From IMG/VR virus record IMGVR_UViG_3300023174_000045, positions 1-64,000 of that record: 64,000 nt of DNA. The stretch is one strand, 5' to 3'. The notes beneath the pieces are model-generated. The model saw nothing but the letters and a program-made list of their open reading frames with translations, was not told the DNA's origin and did not search any database. Each line of letters starts with the position of its first letter. Position 1 is the first letter of the stretch. This document shows, in pieces, positions 8,703 through 18,996 of this stretch. The position numbers and the translations under genes are program-made.

Positions 8703-10621
8703 AAAGTCTACGCACACTCTTAGAAGGCGGCAATGTATTCAAAGATGCCGAAGGCCAACCACTCACAGGTCGTATCAATCAAAGCGATGTGCCTGCCACT
8801 GTGGCCTGGATTGAACAACTCACAGGCTTGCAATTCCCACGTGAACGTTGGCTGGGTAGCACAGGCAAAGCACCCACATCAGGCGACATGGATCTTGCTG
8901 TGGACACCAGTGAGATGACCAAGGACCAATTGGCCGCAAAACTCATGTCATGGATTGCCAGTCACAAACTGCCTCCTGCAGAGTGGATCAAAAAGGGCGG
9001 CGAAGTACACCTGCGCACACCCATACAGGGACGTCCTGAACTGGGCTATGTGCAAACAGACTTCATGTTCTTCCCTAACTTAGATTGGGGCACATTCTTC
9101 TACTCAGGTGGCGAAGGTTCAGCATACAAAGGCATGAACCGCAATGTGTTGATGAGCAGTATTGCCAAACAACTGGGACTCAAAGTGGGGGCCAATGGCA
9201 TGTTCAGTCGTGCCACAAATCAGTTAGTGGATGGTGGCATGGATCCAGACTATGTGGCACAGGTGTTATTGGGTCGTGAACGCACAAGAAAAGATCTCAA
9301 AAACGTAGAAAGCATTTTTGCTGCCTTGGCCAAAGACAAAGACAAAGAAGCCAAGGTCAAGGACTTTCGTGACTACTTGAACAAAGAAGGCCTGCAACAA
9401 CCAGACGCTGTGAAAGAAGATACAGACACTTATTTCTTGGCACGACTGCGTGATAGAATTGTGAACCAAGGCATGCAACCGCTGGTAGAACGTGAAACGG
9501 CCAATCCGTATCAAATCTACGAAGCTGAAGAAGCTGGAGTGGGTGGCAAGGCCAAGGGCATTGAACACCTGGAAGATTATGTTTTTCGCAATGGCTTGCC
9601 AGGTGTTACCAAAGCCTTGCAAATTGTGGCAGCGGCAGCTGATGCTCCTGCCAAGACCACCACAGTAAAATGGGACGGCAAACCTGCTGTGATATTTGGA
9701 CGCAAGCCTGACACCGGTGAGTTTGTGCTCACAGACGGATCTGGATTTGAAGCCAAGGGCTATGACGGCTTGGCAACAAGTCCACGCATGATGGCTGACA
9801 TACAGCGTACACGTTCAGGCGCTAGAGACGAGCTAATTCAATTGTATGCTGATCTGTGGCCCAAGCTGGAAGCAGCCACCCCACAAAACTTTCGTGGCTA
9901 CGTCAAAGGCGACTTGCTGTACATGTCAACACCGCCACTGGAAGCTGGCAACTATGTGTTCAAACCCAACACAGTGCAGTACAGAATCCCGGCCAAGACT
10001 TCCTTGGGTCAACGTATAGGTGCCAGTGACACAGGTATTGCCATGCATTCCATGTACGCAGATGCAGGTGATTCACGCCAGCCACTGAGTGGTGTGCGCT
10101 TCAATGACGTACCTGGTTTGTTGTTGATTGAACCCATTGGCGGCAAGGAAATTGTACCTGATGCCAACTTGATCAAGCAAATCAAATCTGTGGCCAATAG
10201 CCCAGATGGTCGTGCCATGGCCACACTGTTCAACCCTGCAGAACTGCGAGCACAACAAATCACAGATCTAGCAAAACTGTGTGTGGACTACATCAACTAC
10301 AGAATCAAAACCAGTGGCAACTTTGACAACTTGTTGCCAGGGTTTGGCGACTGGTTGCAAACCAAAGTCACTCCCAAGAAATTTGGCAACATTGTAGAAT
10401 ACTTGAACAGTCCAGCCAGCAACACAGGTGCGCTGTCAGCGGCATTTACCCTGTTCTTGCTGTTGCACGATTTAAAGCTGGACATACTGCGCCAGTTGGA
10501 TTTGAAGGATCCAGGGCACGAAGGCTGGGTCATGGCCACTGATTCGGGCTATGCCAAAGCTGTGAATAGATTTGATTTTACAGCAAGAAATGCAGCCCAA
10601 AACAATCCGCAACAGGCGTAA
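8699..10621 (+). CDS. fusion of Pol-beta-type nucleotidyltransferase-like domain and ATP-dependent ligase-like (KxDG) domain
   Basis: GSTGK..SGDMDLAVD and VQTD in N-half; KWDG, GDLL, EGWV, KAVNR in C-half. Confidence 0.55.
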   Translation: MKSLRTLLEGGNVFKDAEGQPLTGRINQSDVPATVAWIEQLTGLQFPRERWLGSTGKAPTSGDMDLAVDTSEMTKDQLAAKLMSWIASHKLPPAEWIKKGGEVHLRTPIQGRPELGYVQTDFMFFPNLDWGTFFYSGGEGSAYKGMNRNVLMSSIAKQLGLKVGANGMFSRATNQLVDGGMDPDYVAQVLLGRERTRKDLKNVESIFAALAKDKDKEAKVKDFRDYLNKEGLQQPDAVKEDTDTYFLARLRDRIVNQGMQPLVERETANPYQIYEAEEAGVGGKAKGIEHLEDYVFRNGLPGVTKALQIVAAAADAPAKTTTVKWDGKPAVIFGRKPDTGEFVLTDGSGFEAKGYDGLATSPRMMADIQRTRSGARDELIQLYADLWPKLEAATPQNFRGYVKGDLLYMSTPPLEAGNYVFKPNTVQYRIPAKTSLGQRIGASDTGIAMHSMYADAGDSRQPLSGVRFNDVPGLLLIEPIGGKEIVPDANLIKQIKSVANSPDGRAMATLFNPAELRAQQITDLAKLCVDYINYRIKTSGNFDNLLPGFGDWLQTKVTPKKFGNIVEYLNSPASNTGALSAAFTLFLLLHDLKLDILRQLDLKDPGHEGWVMATDSGYAKAVNRFDFTARNAAQNNPQQA

Positions 10622-10634
10622 TTTTTACCGATTG

Positions 10635-10642
10635 TATAAATA
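10635..10642 (+). promoter_or_regulatory. T4-like late promoter TATAAATA
   Basis: Exact T4 late consensus upstream of a structural gene; TAAATA core recurs before many genes in the window. Confidence 0.75.
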
Positions 10643-10685
10643 AAAGCAGGTCCACCGAGACCACTTAACTTTAAAGGAAAAAATC

Positions 10686-11126
10686 ATGGCACAGTTTACA
10701 AAAGTAAATGGAACTACACAACCAGTATTTGCACTGGATGTTGCAAACGGTTCAATCGCAGGTACAGCTAACGTTGCGGCCCAAGGCCCAGTGATGCTGT
10801 CTGGTCCAAAACTGGACTTCTTCTTATTGACAGCCAACGGCGCTCTTACCAATGCTGGTAACGTCAACGGTTACTTGAACAATGTGATCCAGGCTGTTCA
10901 GTCTGGTGCAGGCATTACAGGTGGCGGTGCAGGCGGTACAGTTGCTTTCTATCAAGCAGGCGCAACAGCCGGCACAATCAACTTGGCTATCTATCCAAGT
11001 GGTGCTTACACCACAGCTACTTTGGTTGCTGCTGCTCAAACAGCCAATGCCACAGGTGGTTTGAACATTGGTATCCCAACTGGTAACGTCAGCAATGCTG
11101 CCACATTCACCAGCTTGGTCAGCTAA
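10686..11126 (+). CDS. probable abundant virion protein (head decoration-like)
   Basis: Ala/Gly/Thr-rich 146 aa, own late promoter, SD and terminator. Confidence 0.6.
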   Translation: MAQFTKVNGTTQPVFALDVANGSIAGTANVAAQGPVMLSGPKLDFFLLTANGALTNAGNVNGYLNNVIQAVQSGAGITGGGAGGTVAFYQAGATAGTINLAIYPSGAYTTATLVAAAQTANATGGLNIGIPTGNVSNAATFTSLVS

Positions 11127-11145
11127 TAACTAGATAGTTGAACTC

Positions 11146-11179
11146 AACCCTGGACGTAAAAAATCCAGGGTTTCTTTTT
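11146..11179 (+). terminator. intrinsic terminator
   Basis: AACCCTGGA/TCCAGGGTT stem followed by T-run. Confidence 0.8.
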
Positions 11180-11198
11180 GGCATTAAATATGCACATA

Positions 11199-11642
11199 AT
11201 GAAAGTCATGTGCCGCACCCTTTTTGATTGTACCCATACTGGTGTCACAGGACATTTTCGTCCCCAACAACTACCTTACACCACCAAGTCGGGTGTGAGA
11301 CTTGAAACTCCTGAACACTGGAATCTAGCTAGAAACCAACAACGCAACTGGGAGAGCATATTGCAAATCATCAGTTTGCGAACACAACCCATGAATGTGG
11401 TATTGCCCAAAAAACAACCAGACGGCTGGCACTTTGAATTTGAAGTAGAAGCCGAAGGCGTACTCAGCAGTAACATTGACAGTGACGACCTAGCAGGACT
11501 TGTGGCCGACTGCGAAGGTGTGCCCATGGTCACGGGCCTGGGCGAACTCACCCTTGATACTGCCACACTGCATGCTCAAGGCACAGATCAAAACATTTGG
11601 TTTACTGCCATAAATAAGCCATTGGAGCCCCACAATGGTTGA
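11199..11642 (+). CDS. hypothetical protein
   Basis: ORF; TAAATA 8 nt before ATG. Confidence 0.7.
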   Translation: MKVMCRTLFDCTHTGVTGHFRPQQLPYTTKSGVRLETPEHWNLARNQQRNWESILQIISLRTQPMNVVLPKKQPDGWHFEFEVEAEGVLSSNIDSDDLAGLVADCEGVPMVTGLGELTLDTATLHAQGTDQNIWFTAINKPLEPHNG

Positions 11643-11901
11643 TACCACTGACATCGAAAAGAAAAGCCTTGAAGCTCACGTTGAACTGTGTGCAGAACGT
11701 TACCGCATGCTGGAACTCAAAGTAGAAACAGTAGAAAAAGAAATTTCAGAAGTCAAAAGCATGGTCTCAGACGTACATGGTATTGTGCGCAACATGGGCG
11801 AAAAACGCAACGACCAACTGATTGCCTGGGGTATAGGCATCATAGGTACATTGCTGGCCGTGGTTGGTTGGCTCACAGCCCACTACATCAAGACATTATG
11901 A
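11635..11901 (+). CDS. small coiled-coil protein with C-terminal transmembrane helix (holin-like topology possible)
   Basis: Heptad N-terminus, hydrophobic LIAWGIGIIGTLLAVVGWL. Confidence 0.6.
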   Translation: MVDTTDIEKKSLEAHVELCAERYRMLELKVETVEKEISEVKSMVSDVHGIVRNMGEKRNDQLIAWGIGIIGTLLAVVGWLTAHYIKTL

Positions 11902-12353
11902 CCCGTGATCAAAAATTAGAACGATTTGCCGAGCGTGAACTCAAACGTGTGTACACCGAACTCATCATCGATGACGAGCAAGGTGGGTACGTTGCGTTTG
12001 GACGTTATCATGTAAAACCACAGCCTGCAGGATTTGCTGTGTATTATCACAGTGACGATCTTGTGAGCACATTCAGCAGTAAAAAAACTGCAATGAGCTG
12101 GTGTGTAGCAGATCATTTGCAACAGCATAAATTAGCACAAAACATTCGCATATTAGATAACAAAAAACAAACACTCACTGCTGACATCCATTGCCGTCGT
12201 GGACAAGCAGATCGTAGCACAAAACCTGAATTCCGAGAAATGGTGCGTACAAAACTTGCACCCAAAATTGAGAACCTTACACTGCTGAATCAAGAACTTG
12301 AAAAATGTTTAAATTCGGCTAAATATCTACAACTAAGAGGATTTGCCAAATGA
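11898..12353 (+). CDS. hypothetical protein
   Basis: ATGA overlap with upstream stop. Confidence 0.7.
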   Translation: MTRDQKLERFAERELKRVYTELIIDDEQGGYVAFGRYHVKPQPAGFAVYYHSDDLVSTFSSKKTAMSWCVADHLQQHKLAQNIRILDNKKQTLTADIHCRRGQADRSTKPEFREMVRTKLAPKIENLTLLNQELEKCLNSAKYLQLRGFAK

Positions 12354-13264
12354 AATTAACCGAACTGGCCACACCAAAAAAGAGCCGCCAAGTAACCCAA
12401 GTATTTGAAAGTTACTTTGGTACTAAGATGCCTGTGAACAAGCTCACAGTGCGCGAAGCACAGGCCATGCTGAAACGTGTGCGTGGTGTGATTGCTGAAC
12501 ATCAGCGTAGCCCCAGCCGTCATACCAGTGAGCGCAATCCTGCGTATCTCAAATTGGTCATGATGGAACAAGCACTTGCTCACCGCGTGAGTGAAGACAT
12601 GGTTCCATCTACCACTCCCGCCCCTGGCGCTCAACAAAACACTGCTGCCAATGCAGCCTCAGTGATTGCAACAACAAAAGATCCTGAACTCAAAGCAGCA
12701 TTACAAAAATCTGCCAAAGGTCAGTCATTGAATCCTGATGAACAAAAACTTGTTGCTGGTGCTGCCTTGATGAAGACTGAAGCACGTTTGCGCAATGCAT
12801 ACCGTGTGTTGAGAGAATCAGAAGTACAACAAGCTCAAGTTGTTTTGGCTGCGCAAGACATGGTAGACAAAATGCAATCAATGTTGGAAGACACCACAGA
12901 GATGCAATTCAAAGAACTGCCTGCATTAGTAGATTCAATTCGCAATCAAATTGGTATTGAACAAGCCACACAATTCAACAGTGATGTCACTGCGGCATTG
13001 CAAGGTCTTGTGCAAAATTTGCAAGGTTCCAAACAACAACTGGAAACAGCACTGGGTGTTGTAACAGGCCAACCTGCACCACTTGACGCCAGCATGGCGG
13101 CCAGTGGCATGCCAGGTGCTGCCCCTGCTCCAGTACCTGGTGCTGAAGCTGGTGCTGAAATGGGCGCCGAAGTTGGTGCTGACGTTGGCGCAGACATTGG
13201 TGCTGAAATAGGTGCCGAAGAACCTGCACCAGCAGGAGCCGCGTTGGGCCGAGCACGTAGATAA
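12350..13264 (+). CDS. putative prohead core/scaffold-like protein
   Basis: Helical, internal LxE sites, acidic Ala/Gly/Glu-rich tail, TAAATA upstream. Confidence 0.5.
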   Translation: MKLTELATPKKSRQVTQVFESYFGTKMPVNKLTVREAQAMLKRVRGVIAEHQRSPSRHTSERNPAYLKLVMMEQALAHRVSEDMVPSTTPAPGAQQNTAANAASVIATTKDPELKAALQKSAKGQSLNPDEQKLVAGAALMKTEARLRNAYRVLRESEVQQAQVVLAAQDMVDKMQSMLEDTTEMQFKELPALVDSIRNQIGIEQATQFNSDVTAALQGLVQNLQGSKQQLETALGVVTGQPAPLDASMAASGMPGAAPAPVPGAEAGAEMGAEVGADVGADIGAEIGAEEPAPAGAALGRARR

Positions 13265-13617
13265 TGAGAATCGACGAAGTCGAAAACTCAAATTCACTAG
13301 ATCCAAATAAGTTAATGGGTCTGGTGAATTTTCTTTCTGGCAGAGCCGATGACGAAAACGCACAAAAACAAATCAGCACCGACGCATTCATATCAACTGC
13401 TCAAAGTCTAGGATTCCCGGTCAACCAACGAAACGTAGTGAGTGTGGTAAGCCAGTCTCCACTGGATTCAGTATTAGAGCCAATTGACCCAAACAACCCT
13501 GGTGTGATCATGTACAAAGGCGCCAACACTGGTGCGACCCAAATGCCTGTAAACAAGGCGCAAGACATTGTGGCCGCCTCGGCCAAACAAGCTGCCGGCA
13601 AAGACCGCGGCGTATAA
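13264..13617 (+). CDS. hypothetical protein (head region)
   Basis: Translationally coupled ORF beginning MRIDEV. Confidence 0.65.
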   Translation: MRIDEVENSNSLDPNKLMGLVNFLSGRADDENAQKQISTDAFISTAQSLGFPVNQRNVVSVVSQSPLDSVLEPIDPNNPGVIMYKGANTGATQMPVNKAQDIVAASAKQAAGKDRGV

Positions 13618-13672
13618 CCATTCTCATTGACATCTATCAGTAAATACGCTATAATCAGCGAAGGAATATCAC

Positions 13673-14044
13673 ATGGCCTATTCAGAAAAAGTAATTGATC
13701 ACTATGAAAATCCACGCAACGTGGGCAAATTTGAAATCGATGACACCATTGGTACAGGCATGGTAGGAGCACCAGCCTGTGGTGATGTGATGAAATTGCA
13801 AATCAAAGTCGAAAACGGAGTTATAACCGATGCCAGGTTCAAAACATACGGATGCGGAAGTGCCATTGCCTCATCCTCTCTTGTTACCGAGTGGGTTAAA
13901 GGACGAACGCTTGACGAGGCCGCAGCTCTTAAAAATTCAGAGATTGCTCAAGAACTCGCATTGCCACCAGTCAAGATTCATTGTTCTATTCTTGCTGAAG
14001 ATGCTATAAAAGCCGCAGTGGAAGATTATCGAAAGAAACACTAA
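13673..14044 (+). CDS. iscU: Fe-S cluster scaffold protein IscU
   Basis: MAYSEKVIDHYENPRNVG, GAPACGD, GCGSAIASSS, LPPVKIHCS. Confidence 0.95.
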   Translation: MAYSEKVIDHYENPRNVGKFEIDDTIGTGMVGAPACGDVMKLQIKVENGVITDARFKTYGCGSAIASSSLVTEWVKGRTLDEAAALKNSEIAQELALPPVKIHCSILAEDAIKAAVEDYRKKH

Positions 14045-14047
14045 TTC

Positions 14048-15745
14048 ATGGTGGATCACCGATTTCGCATATTGATCTATCATGCTGGCGGTGCAAACTC
14101 TTGGTTATATCCGGCAGTATTGCATTTAAAAACATATATTGATGTAACTTATCCTGAGCTGGCCGATCAACTTGAATGGTTAATTCCTATTCAACAAACA
14201 ATGACCAACTCAGAATTGTTGGACTATATCCATCAACATGAACCAGATGCGCTTTGCACCAGTCATTACATATGGAATCATGAATATCTAATCAATCAAC
14301 TTAGTCAAATTAGATCACAGTTGCCTGAACACATCAAAGTCATTGCTGGTGGCCCTAGCATCGACGTCAATCTTGACCCAGACTTCTTCAGCAAACATTC
14401 TTATATTGATTACGCTGTATACGGCGCAGGTGAACATGCATTTGCAGACATTATCAAAAGTTTAGTTAATAAAACACCATTGGTTGCATTTAATACATCC
14501 AATTGTGGTTGGATCAATCACAAAACTGGCTTTCCTATTGTGGCAGAGTACAAATTTGTAAAAATGATCAGCACCAGTCCCTTTACTCACAATCGAGAAT
14601 TATTTGCCGAAATGACTCGTACTTTGCTGGAACGCAATGGATCATTGCACTTGCCTTATACGTTGACCAGGGGGTGTCCGTACTCGTGTACCTTTTGTGA
14701 TTGGAACAGTGGGTTAGGAAACAAACTGTCAAGACGAAAAAATACCTATCAAGAAGAAATTGATTTGTTTCACGAATTAGGTATCAAACAAATTTATTTG
14801 TCTGACGCCAATGTTGGACAGTATGATGAAGATGTTGCTATGATAGAATATTTTGCACAAAAAAATCTGCAACACAATGCTGGATTCAAAATCAGCGGCA
14901 ACTATAGCAAACTGCGCAAAGATGTGAATTTAAAAATCTTCAACATCATGGCCGAAAGTGGATTGGTGAAAAAAACATTGAATTTTTCCATACAAGATAC
15001 CAACGAACAGATATTAAAAAATATCGATCGGCCAGATGTTGGATGGGAGACTCACGCTGCCATGGCCAACGAGCTTGTGACCAAGCATCCGCAATTGACT
15101 GTAAAAGCACAATTGATTTATGGCTTGCCTGGACAAACGCCGTCGACCTGGCGGCACACACTGCGCCAGGTCACTGAGGAAAACATACTGCCTATTGTGT
15201 TTTTAAATGAACCATTGCCGGCCAGCCCTGCCATGTACGATCCCGAATACCAACGTCAATTTCAATTTGAGTACGTAAAGTCCACACGTATTACGTATGA
15301 TACTGATTTTTATATTAGTGAAATTCCAAAAAAATGTATATCTTTTGATCAACGACAATTGGTAGAAATGACAGTGTTATCTGGAGTCTACTATGCCTTG
15401 AGTACAATAAAGTTTTTAATGATTCGACAGGCAGAGTTACATATAAACATCGAACCAATAGTTGATAATTTTTTAATCAGTTCTCAATATCACGATTCTT
15501 GTGAAAATCTTTACACCAACTGGTCTACTAAACAAAAATTCTATTTTACAAGAAATTTTTCGGGTAATCCTGTTATGTTATCTTGTGATCCTATGTCATA
15601 TGGTAGTGCGTTAGTTGTTGACAATAATTTCATTGCGTACATTGCAAAATTGCTGCCACACGATGTATCAAAAAAACTCATGCAATTAACACTGCAAGAT
15701 AATCTTAAAGATATTGTGGCCAACTTGTCCAGCGAAATTGATTAG
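14048..15745 (+). CDS. cobalamin-binding radical SAM protein (class B methyltransferase-like)
   Basis: N-terminal B12-binding-like region (IAGGP, GAGE), TRGCPYSCTFC, LIYGLPGQT. Confidence 0.8.
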   Translation: MVDHRFRILIYHAGGANSWLYPAVLHLKTYIDVTYPELADQLEWLIPIQQTMTNSELLDYIHQHEPDALCTSHYIWNHEYLINQLSQIRSQLPEHIKVIAGGPSIDVNLDPDFFSKHSYIDYAVYGAGEHAFADIIKSLVNKTPLVAFNTSNCGWINHKTGFPIVAEYKFVKMISTSPFTHNRELFAEMTRTLLERNGSLHLPYTLTRGCPYSCTFCDWNSGLGNKLSRRKNTYQEEIDLFHELGIKQIYLSDANVGQYDEDVAMIEYFAQKNLQHNAGFKISGNYSKLRKDVNLKIFNIMAESGLVKKTLNFSIQDTNEQILKNIDRPDVGWETHAAMANELVTKHPQLTVKAQLIYGLPGQTPSTWRHTLRQVTEENILPIVFLNEPLPASPAMYDPEYQRQFQFEYVKSTRITYDTDFYISEIPKKCISFDQRQLVEMTVLSGVYYALSTIKFLMIRQAELHINIEPIVDNFLISSQYHDSCENLYTNWSTKQKFYFTRNFSGNPVMLSCDPMSYGSALVVDNNFIAYIAKLLPHDVSKKLMQLTLQDNLKDIVANLSSEID

Positions 15746-15756
15746 TAAATATTAAC

Positions 15757-16080
15757 ATGATAACCATAACTGATCAGGCTCGAACCAAAATTCAAAAACT
15801 AGTCACTACCAAAGGCTATGCTGGCATACGACTTGGCGTAAAAACCACAGGTTGCTCAGGGCTTGCTTATGTGTTAGAATATGTTAAAAAGTATGAGCCC
15901 GATGACAGCACTATAAATTATGCCCAAAATGAATTTTGTGTGTTAGTAGACAAAAAACATGATGTGTATTTGAAAGGCACACAAGTAGACTATGTGCGCC
16001 AAGGCCTCAACGAAGGCTTTGAATTCACCAACCCCAATGAACGTGACCGCTGTGGATGCGGAGAAAGTTTTAGAGTTTAA
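15757..16080 (+). CDS. iscA: A-type Fe-S carrier IscA/HesB
   Basis: GVKTTGCSG and CGCGESF motifs. Confidence 0.93.
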   Translation: MITITDQARTKIQKLVTTKGYAGIRLGVKTTGCSGLAYVLEYVKKYEPDDSTINYAQNEFCVLVDKKHDVYLKGTQVDYVRQGLNEGFEFTNPNERDRCGCGESFRV

Positions 16081-16082
16081 CA

Positions 16083-16799
16083 TTGTATAATCCAAAATTC
16101 AACTATCAACCCATTCCCCGGGAAAACGTCAATGGCCGCAGACTGTATGCCACTCCAGATGGCAACCGGTTGCCATCAGTTACTACAATCTTAGAAGCTA
16201 CCAAAAGCGAGGAAAGCAAAAAGGCCTTGCAGAACTGGCGCAACAGCATTGGTGCTGAAAAAGCACAGGCCATCACAACAGAAGCAGCCAACCGTGGCAC
16301 ACGTATGCACACGTATCTTGAACAGTATGTTCGAGAAGGCGCTATTAAAGAACGTGGTACAAATCCGTTCTCATGGGCCAGTCATGCCATGGCACACAAG
16401 GTTGTGGAGCATGGCTTAAAGAACGTGTCAGAATTCTGGGGTATCGAAGTTCCGTTGTATTTCCCCAAGGTATACGCAGGCACCACAGATGGTGCAGGCA
16501 TACATTTGAATGATCAAGCCATCTTGGACTACAAGCAAACCAACAAGCCCAAAAAACGTGAGTGGATTGATGACTACTTTGTGCAGTTGTGCGCCTATGC
16601 AGAAGCACACAACGAACTGCATGGTACAAAGATCAAAAAAGGCGTAGTTTTGATGTGTGTCAAGCCCACACTAGATGCGCAAATGAACATGGTCACGCAG
16701 CCAGAATATCAGGAATTTGTGCTAGAAGGTCGGGAGTTTGAAAAGTATCGCAACTTGTGGTGGAAAAAGGTCGAACAGTATTACTTGCTAAATATGTGA
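16083..16799 (+). CDS. PD-(D/E)XK exonuclease
   Basis: LPSVTTIL, GTRMH, GTTD...DYK motifs. Confidence 0.8.
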   Translation: MYNPKFNYQPIPRENVNGRRLYATPDGNRLPSVTTILEATKSEESKKALQNWRNSIGAEKAQAITTEAANRGTRMHTYLEQYVREGAIKERGTNPFSWASHAMAHKVVEHGLKNVSEFWGIEVPLYFPKVYAGTTDGAGIHLNDQAILDYKQTNKPKKREWIDDYFVQLCAYAEAHNELHGTKIKKGVVLMCVKPTLDAQMNMVTQPEYQEFVLEGREFEKYRNLWWKKVEQYYLLNM

Positions 16800-16818
16800 T
16801 ACCCTAAGGAATCACACT

Positions 16819-18558
16819 GTGGCAATCGTACAAATATCAAGAATCACCAACCGCAAAGGTCTAGCAGTAGACCTACCGCAACCTTTAGCCGGCGCTGAAC
16901 TGGGATGGGTTGTCGACGAGCGCAGATTGTTCATTGGCAACGGCACACTGGAAGAAGGTGCTCCTGTTGTAGGCAACACAGAAGTTCTCACTGAATTTTC
17001 AGATATTTTGAGTTTCGCTGACCAGTACACCTACCAAGGCACAGCAGCAGGGTACATTGTGCAAACTGGCCCAACACCAGGATCTCCTGTCACACAAAGC
17101 CTTCAAAACAGATTGGACAGTTTTGTTGTGGTCACAGACTTTGGGGCCACTGGCGATGGTGTCACAGACGACACTGCTGCCATCAATCGTGCATTGTATC
17201 AATTGTACTGTGTGCAAAACAACACACAAACACGCCGTGGATTGTTTTTTCCAGCAGGTACTTACATTGTAACTGATACTATCAACGTTCCAAGTTTTGC
17301 CAAGTTATACGGTGAAGGACTTGAAGGGTCTATTATTAGTTTTAATGTACAGAATTGGGCAGCCAACACTGCATACGCATCTGGAGTATTGGTATACAAC
17401 ACATCCAACACCACATATTATCGAAGCATCGCCACAGTTCCAGCCACTGGAATTTCTGTAACCGACACTCTATATTGGACAGCGACCACTTTGCCCACTT
17501 ATGTCATGCGCACGGCAGACAGCATGCAACAAACTGGTGCCAACATTGCCACCAATGGTGCCACACCACCACAAAACATTGATGTGTCAGAGATCAGCAT
17601 TGTTACCAACAAATCAAATCATGGCATGCTGGTAGAGAAAGCCAATCAATGTTATTTCAATGTAAACATTGCTGGTACGTTGACCACTGCTGATCTTACC
17701 ACCACTGCCAACGCCACAGTTGCAGTGGAATTCAGTAGCACAGCAAGTTTACCATGCACTCAAATTGAATTCAACGGTTTTGCATTTTCTGGATTTACAT
17801 ATGGCGTGAATACTGCCCAACAAATTAAAAGCGCACTCTTTACCGGTGGTTCATTTGACACATTGTATCAAGGCATATTGTTGGGTGGCGCCAGTCTCAG
17901 CAACGGCGGGGCACAAGGTGTTCGCATTACCAACAACATATTCGACAACATCTACGAAGAAGGTGTTTATTTTTATGGTGTGGGCATGAACGCCACAGGA
18001 TATAATATTTTTTATGACGTGGGCAATCACTTCAATGGTGCAGGTAATCCAGCATCCGCAGTGATGACCATTGATTCGGCCAGCAATGTCAGCATGGGAG
18101 ACATGTTCCAACGCAGCCTAGCACAGGCCGCTGTATATCCCAGAATAAAATTATACAACATAGCTACCAGTACCATTCCTGCTGCCATTGCCATTGACAA
18201 TTCTGCTCAAATACAAATGGGAAGTTTCATTAGAGAAACTGGTCAACAAGCCACCATCACTGCCGGTGCTACCAACACCACATTATTCACAGTGAATACT
18301 GTGTTTATCAAAGCATTCAAGATGGAGTATACCATTGTGGTAGATACATCAGTGCGCACAGGCACCATGACCATTGTCAACGATCCAGACGACTCAGCAG
18401 GAGACACGTTGCAGTCCGTGGACGATTACGTAGAAAATTCTACAACAGATGTCACACTGTCAGTCACAGACGTTGATGGTACCATCACAGTATCTTATGC
18501 CGCTGGTCGTGCTGGTTTAATTTATTACAGTTTGACACATCTAGGACGTAGCACTTAA
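16819..18558 (+). CDS. virion tail/baseplate protein with pectate-lyase-like beta-helix
   Basis: VTDFGATGDGVTDDTAAINRAL and LFFPAGTY motifs; late promoter upstream. Confidence 0.7.
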   Translation: MAIVQISRITNRKGLAVDLPQPLAGAELGWVVDERRLFIGNGTLEEGAPVVGNTEVLTEFSDILSFADQYTYQGTAAGYIVQTGPTPGSPVTQSLQNRLDSFVVVTDFGATGDGVTDDTAAINRALYQLYCVQNNTQTRRGLFFPAGTYIVTDTINVPSFAKLYGEGLEGSIISFNVQNWAANTAYASGVLVYNTSNTTYYRSIATVPATGISVTDTLYWTATTLPTYVMRTADSMQQTGANIATNGATPPQNIDVSEISIVTNKSNHGMLVEKANQCYFNVNIAGTLTTADLTTTANATVAVEFSSTASLPCTQIEFNGFAFSGFTYGVNTAQQIKSALFTGGSFDTLYQGILLGGASLSNGGAQGVRITNNIFDNIYEEGVYFYGVGMNATGYNIFYDVGNHFNGAGNPASAVMTIDSASNVSMGDMFQRSLAQAAVYPRIKLYNIATSTIPAAIAIDNSAQIQMGSFIRETGQQATITAGATNTTLFTVNTVFIKAFKMEYTIVVDTSVRTGTMTIVNDPDDSAGDTLQSVDDYVENSTTDVTLSVTDVDGTITVSYAAGRAGLIYYSLTHLGRST

Positions 18559-18564
18559 CAATCA

Positions 18565-18990
18565 ATGTGGCCTAGAAACTTCAGTGAGCGGCTGGAGAGT
18601 TGGGCACAGTTAAGACAGCAATGTCAGACACTGGACTCAGAGCCTGCTTTAATCAAAATCAACGCCTGGTGGTTCCAGACTCCTTGGACTGCCTATCATT
18701 TGCACTGGGACGACCAGGCAGATTGGCCTGATCCTTGGCAATTATTGGGAGACGACCAATATTGTCCGGTTGCAAGAGGGCTGGGAATACTGTATACTAT
18801 TGCTATGCTAGACCGTGAAGACTTGCAGGATGCCTGCATGATCGAGTATCAAAGCGACAATTTAGTCCTGGTCAACAAAGAGAAATATATACTGAATTGG
18901 GATCCAGATCAAGTGTTAAATATCAGCCTGGGGCGATCAAAACCCAGGCGGCGTGTCAGTCAAGAAGAAATAAAACAAAAAATTCGTTAG
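18565..18990 (+). CDS. hypothetical protein
   Basis: Trp-rich conserved-looking ORF between structural gene and nrdA. Confidence 0.7.
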   Translation: MWPRNFSERLESWAQLRQQCQTLDSEPALIKINAWWFQTPWTAYHLHWDDQADWPDPWQLLGDDQYCPVARGLGILYTIAMLDREDLQDACMIEYQSDNLVLVNKEKYILNWDPDQVLNISLGRSKPRRRVSQEEIKQKIR

Positions 18991-18996
18991 GAAGAG

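Noticed and set aside
12935-13391. Numerous 60-180 aa antisense or out-of-frame ORFs in the track (e.g. 12935-13391, 26578-27093, 49078-49614)
   Set aside because: Shadows of well-supported genes, with low-complexity or unnatural composition and no RBS/promoter
16083-16799. Cas4/CRISPR association of the PD-(D/E)XK nuclease
   Set aside because: No Fe-S Cys pattern, no cas genes, and no repeat-spacer array anywhere in the window
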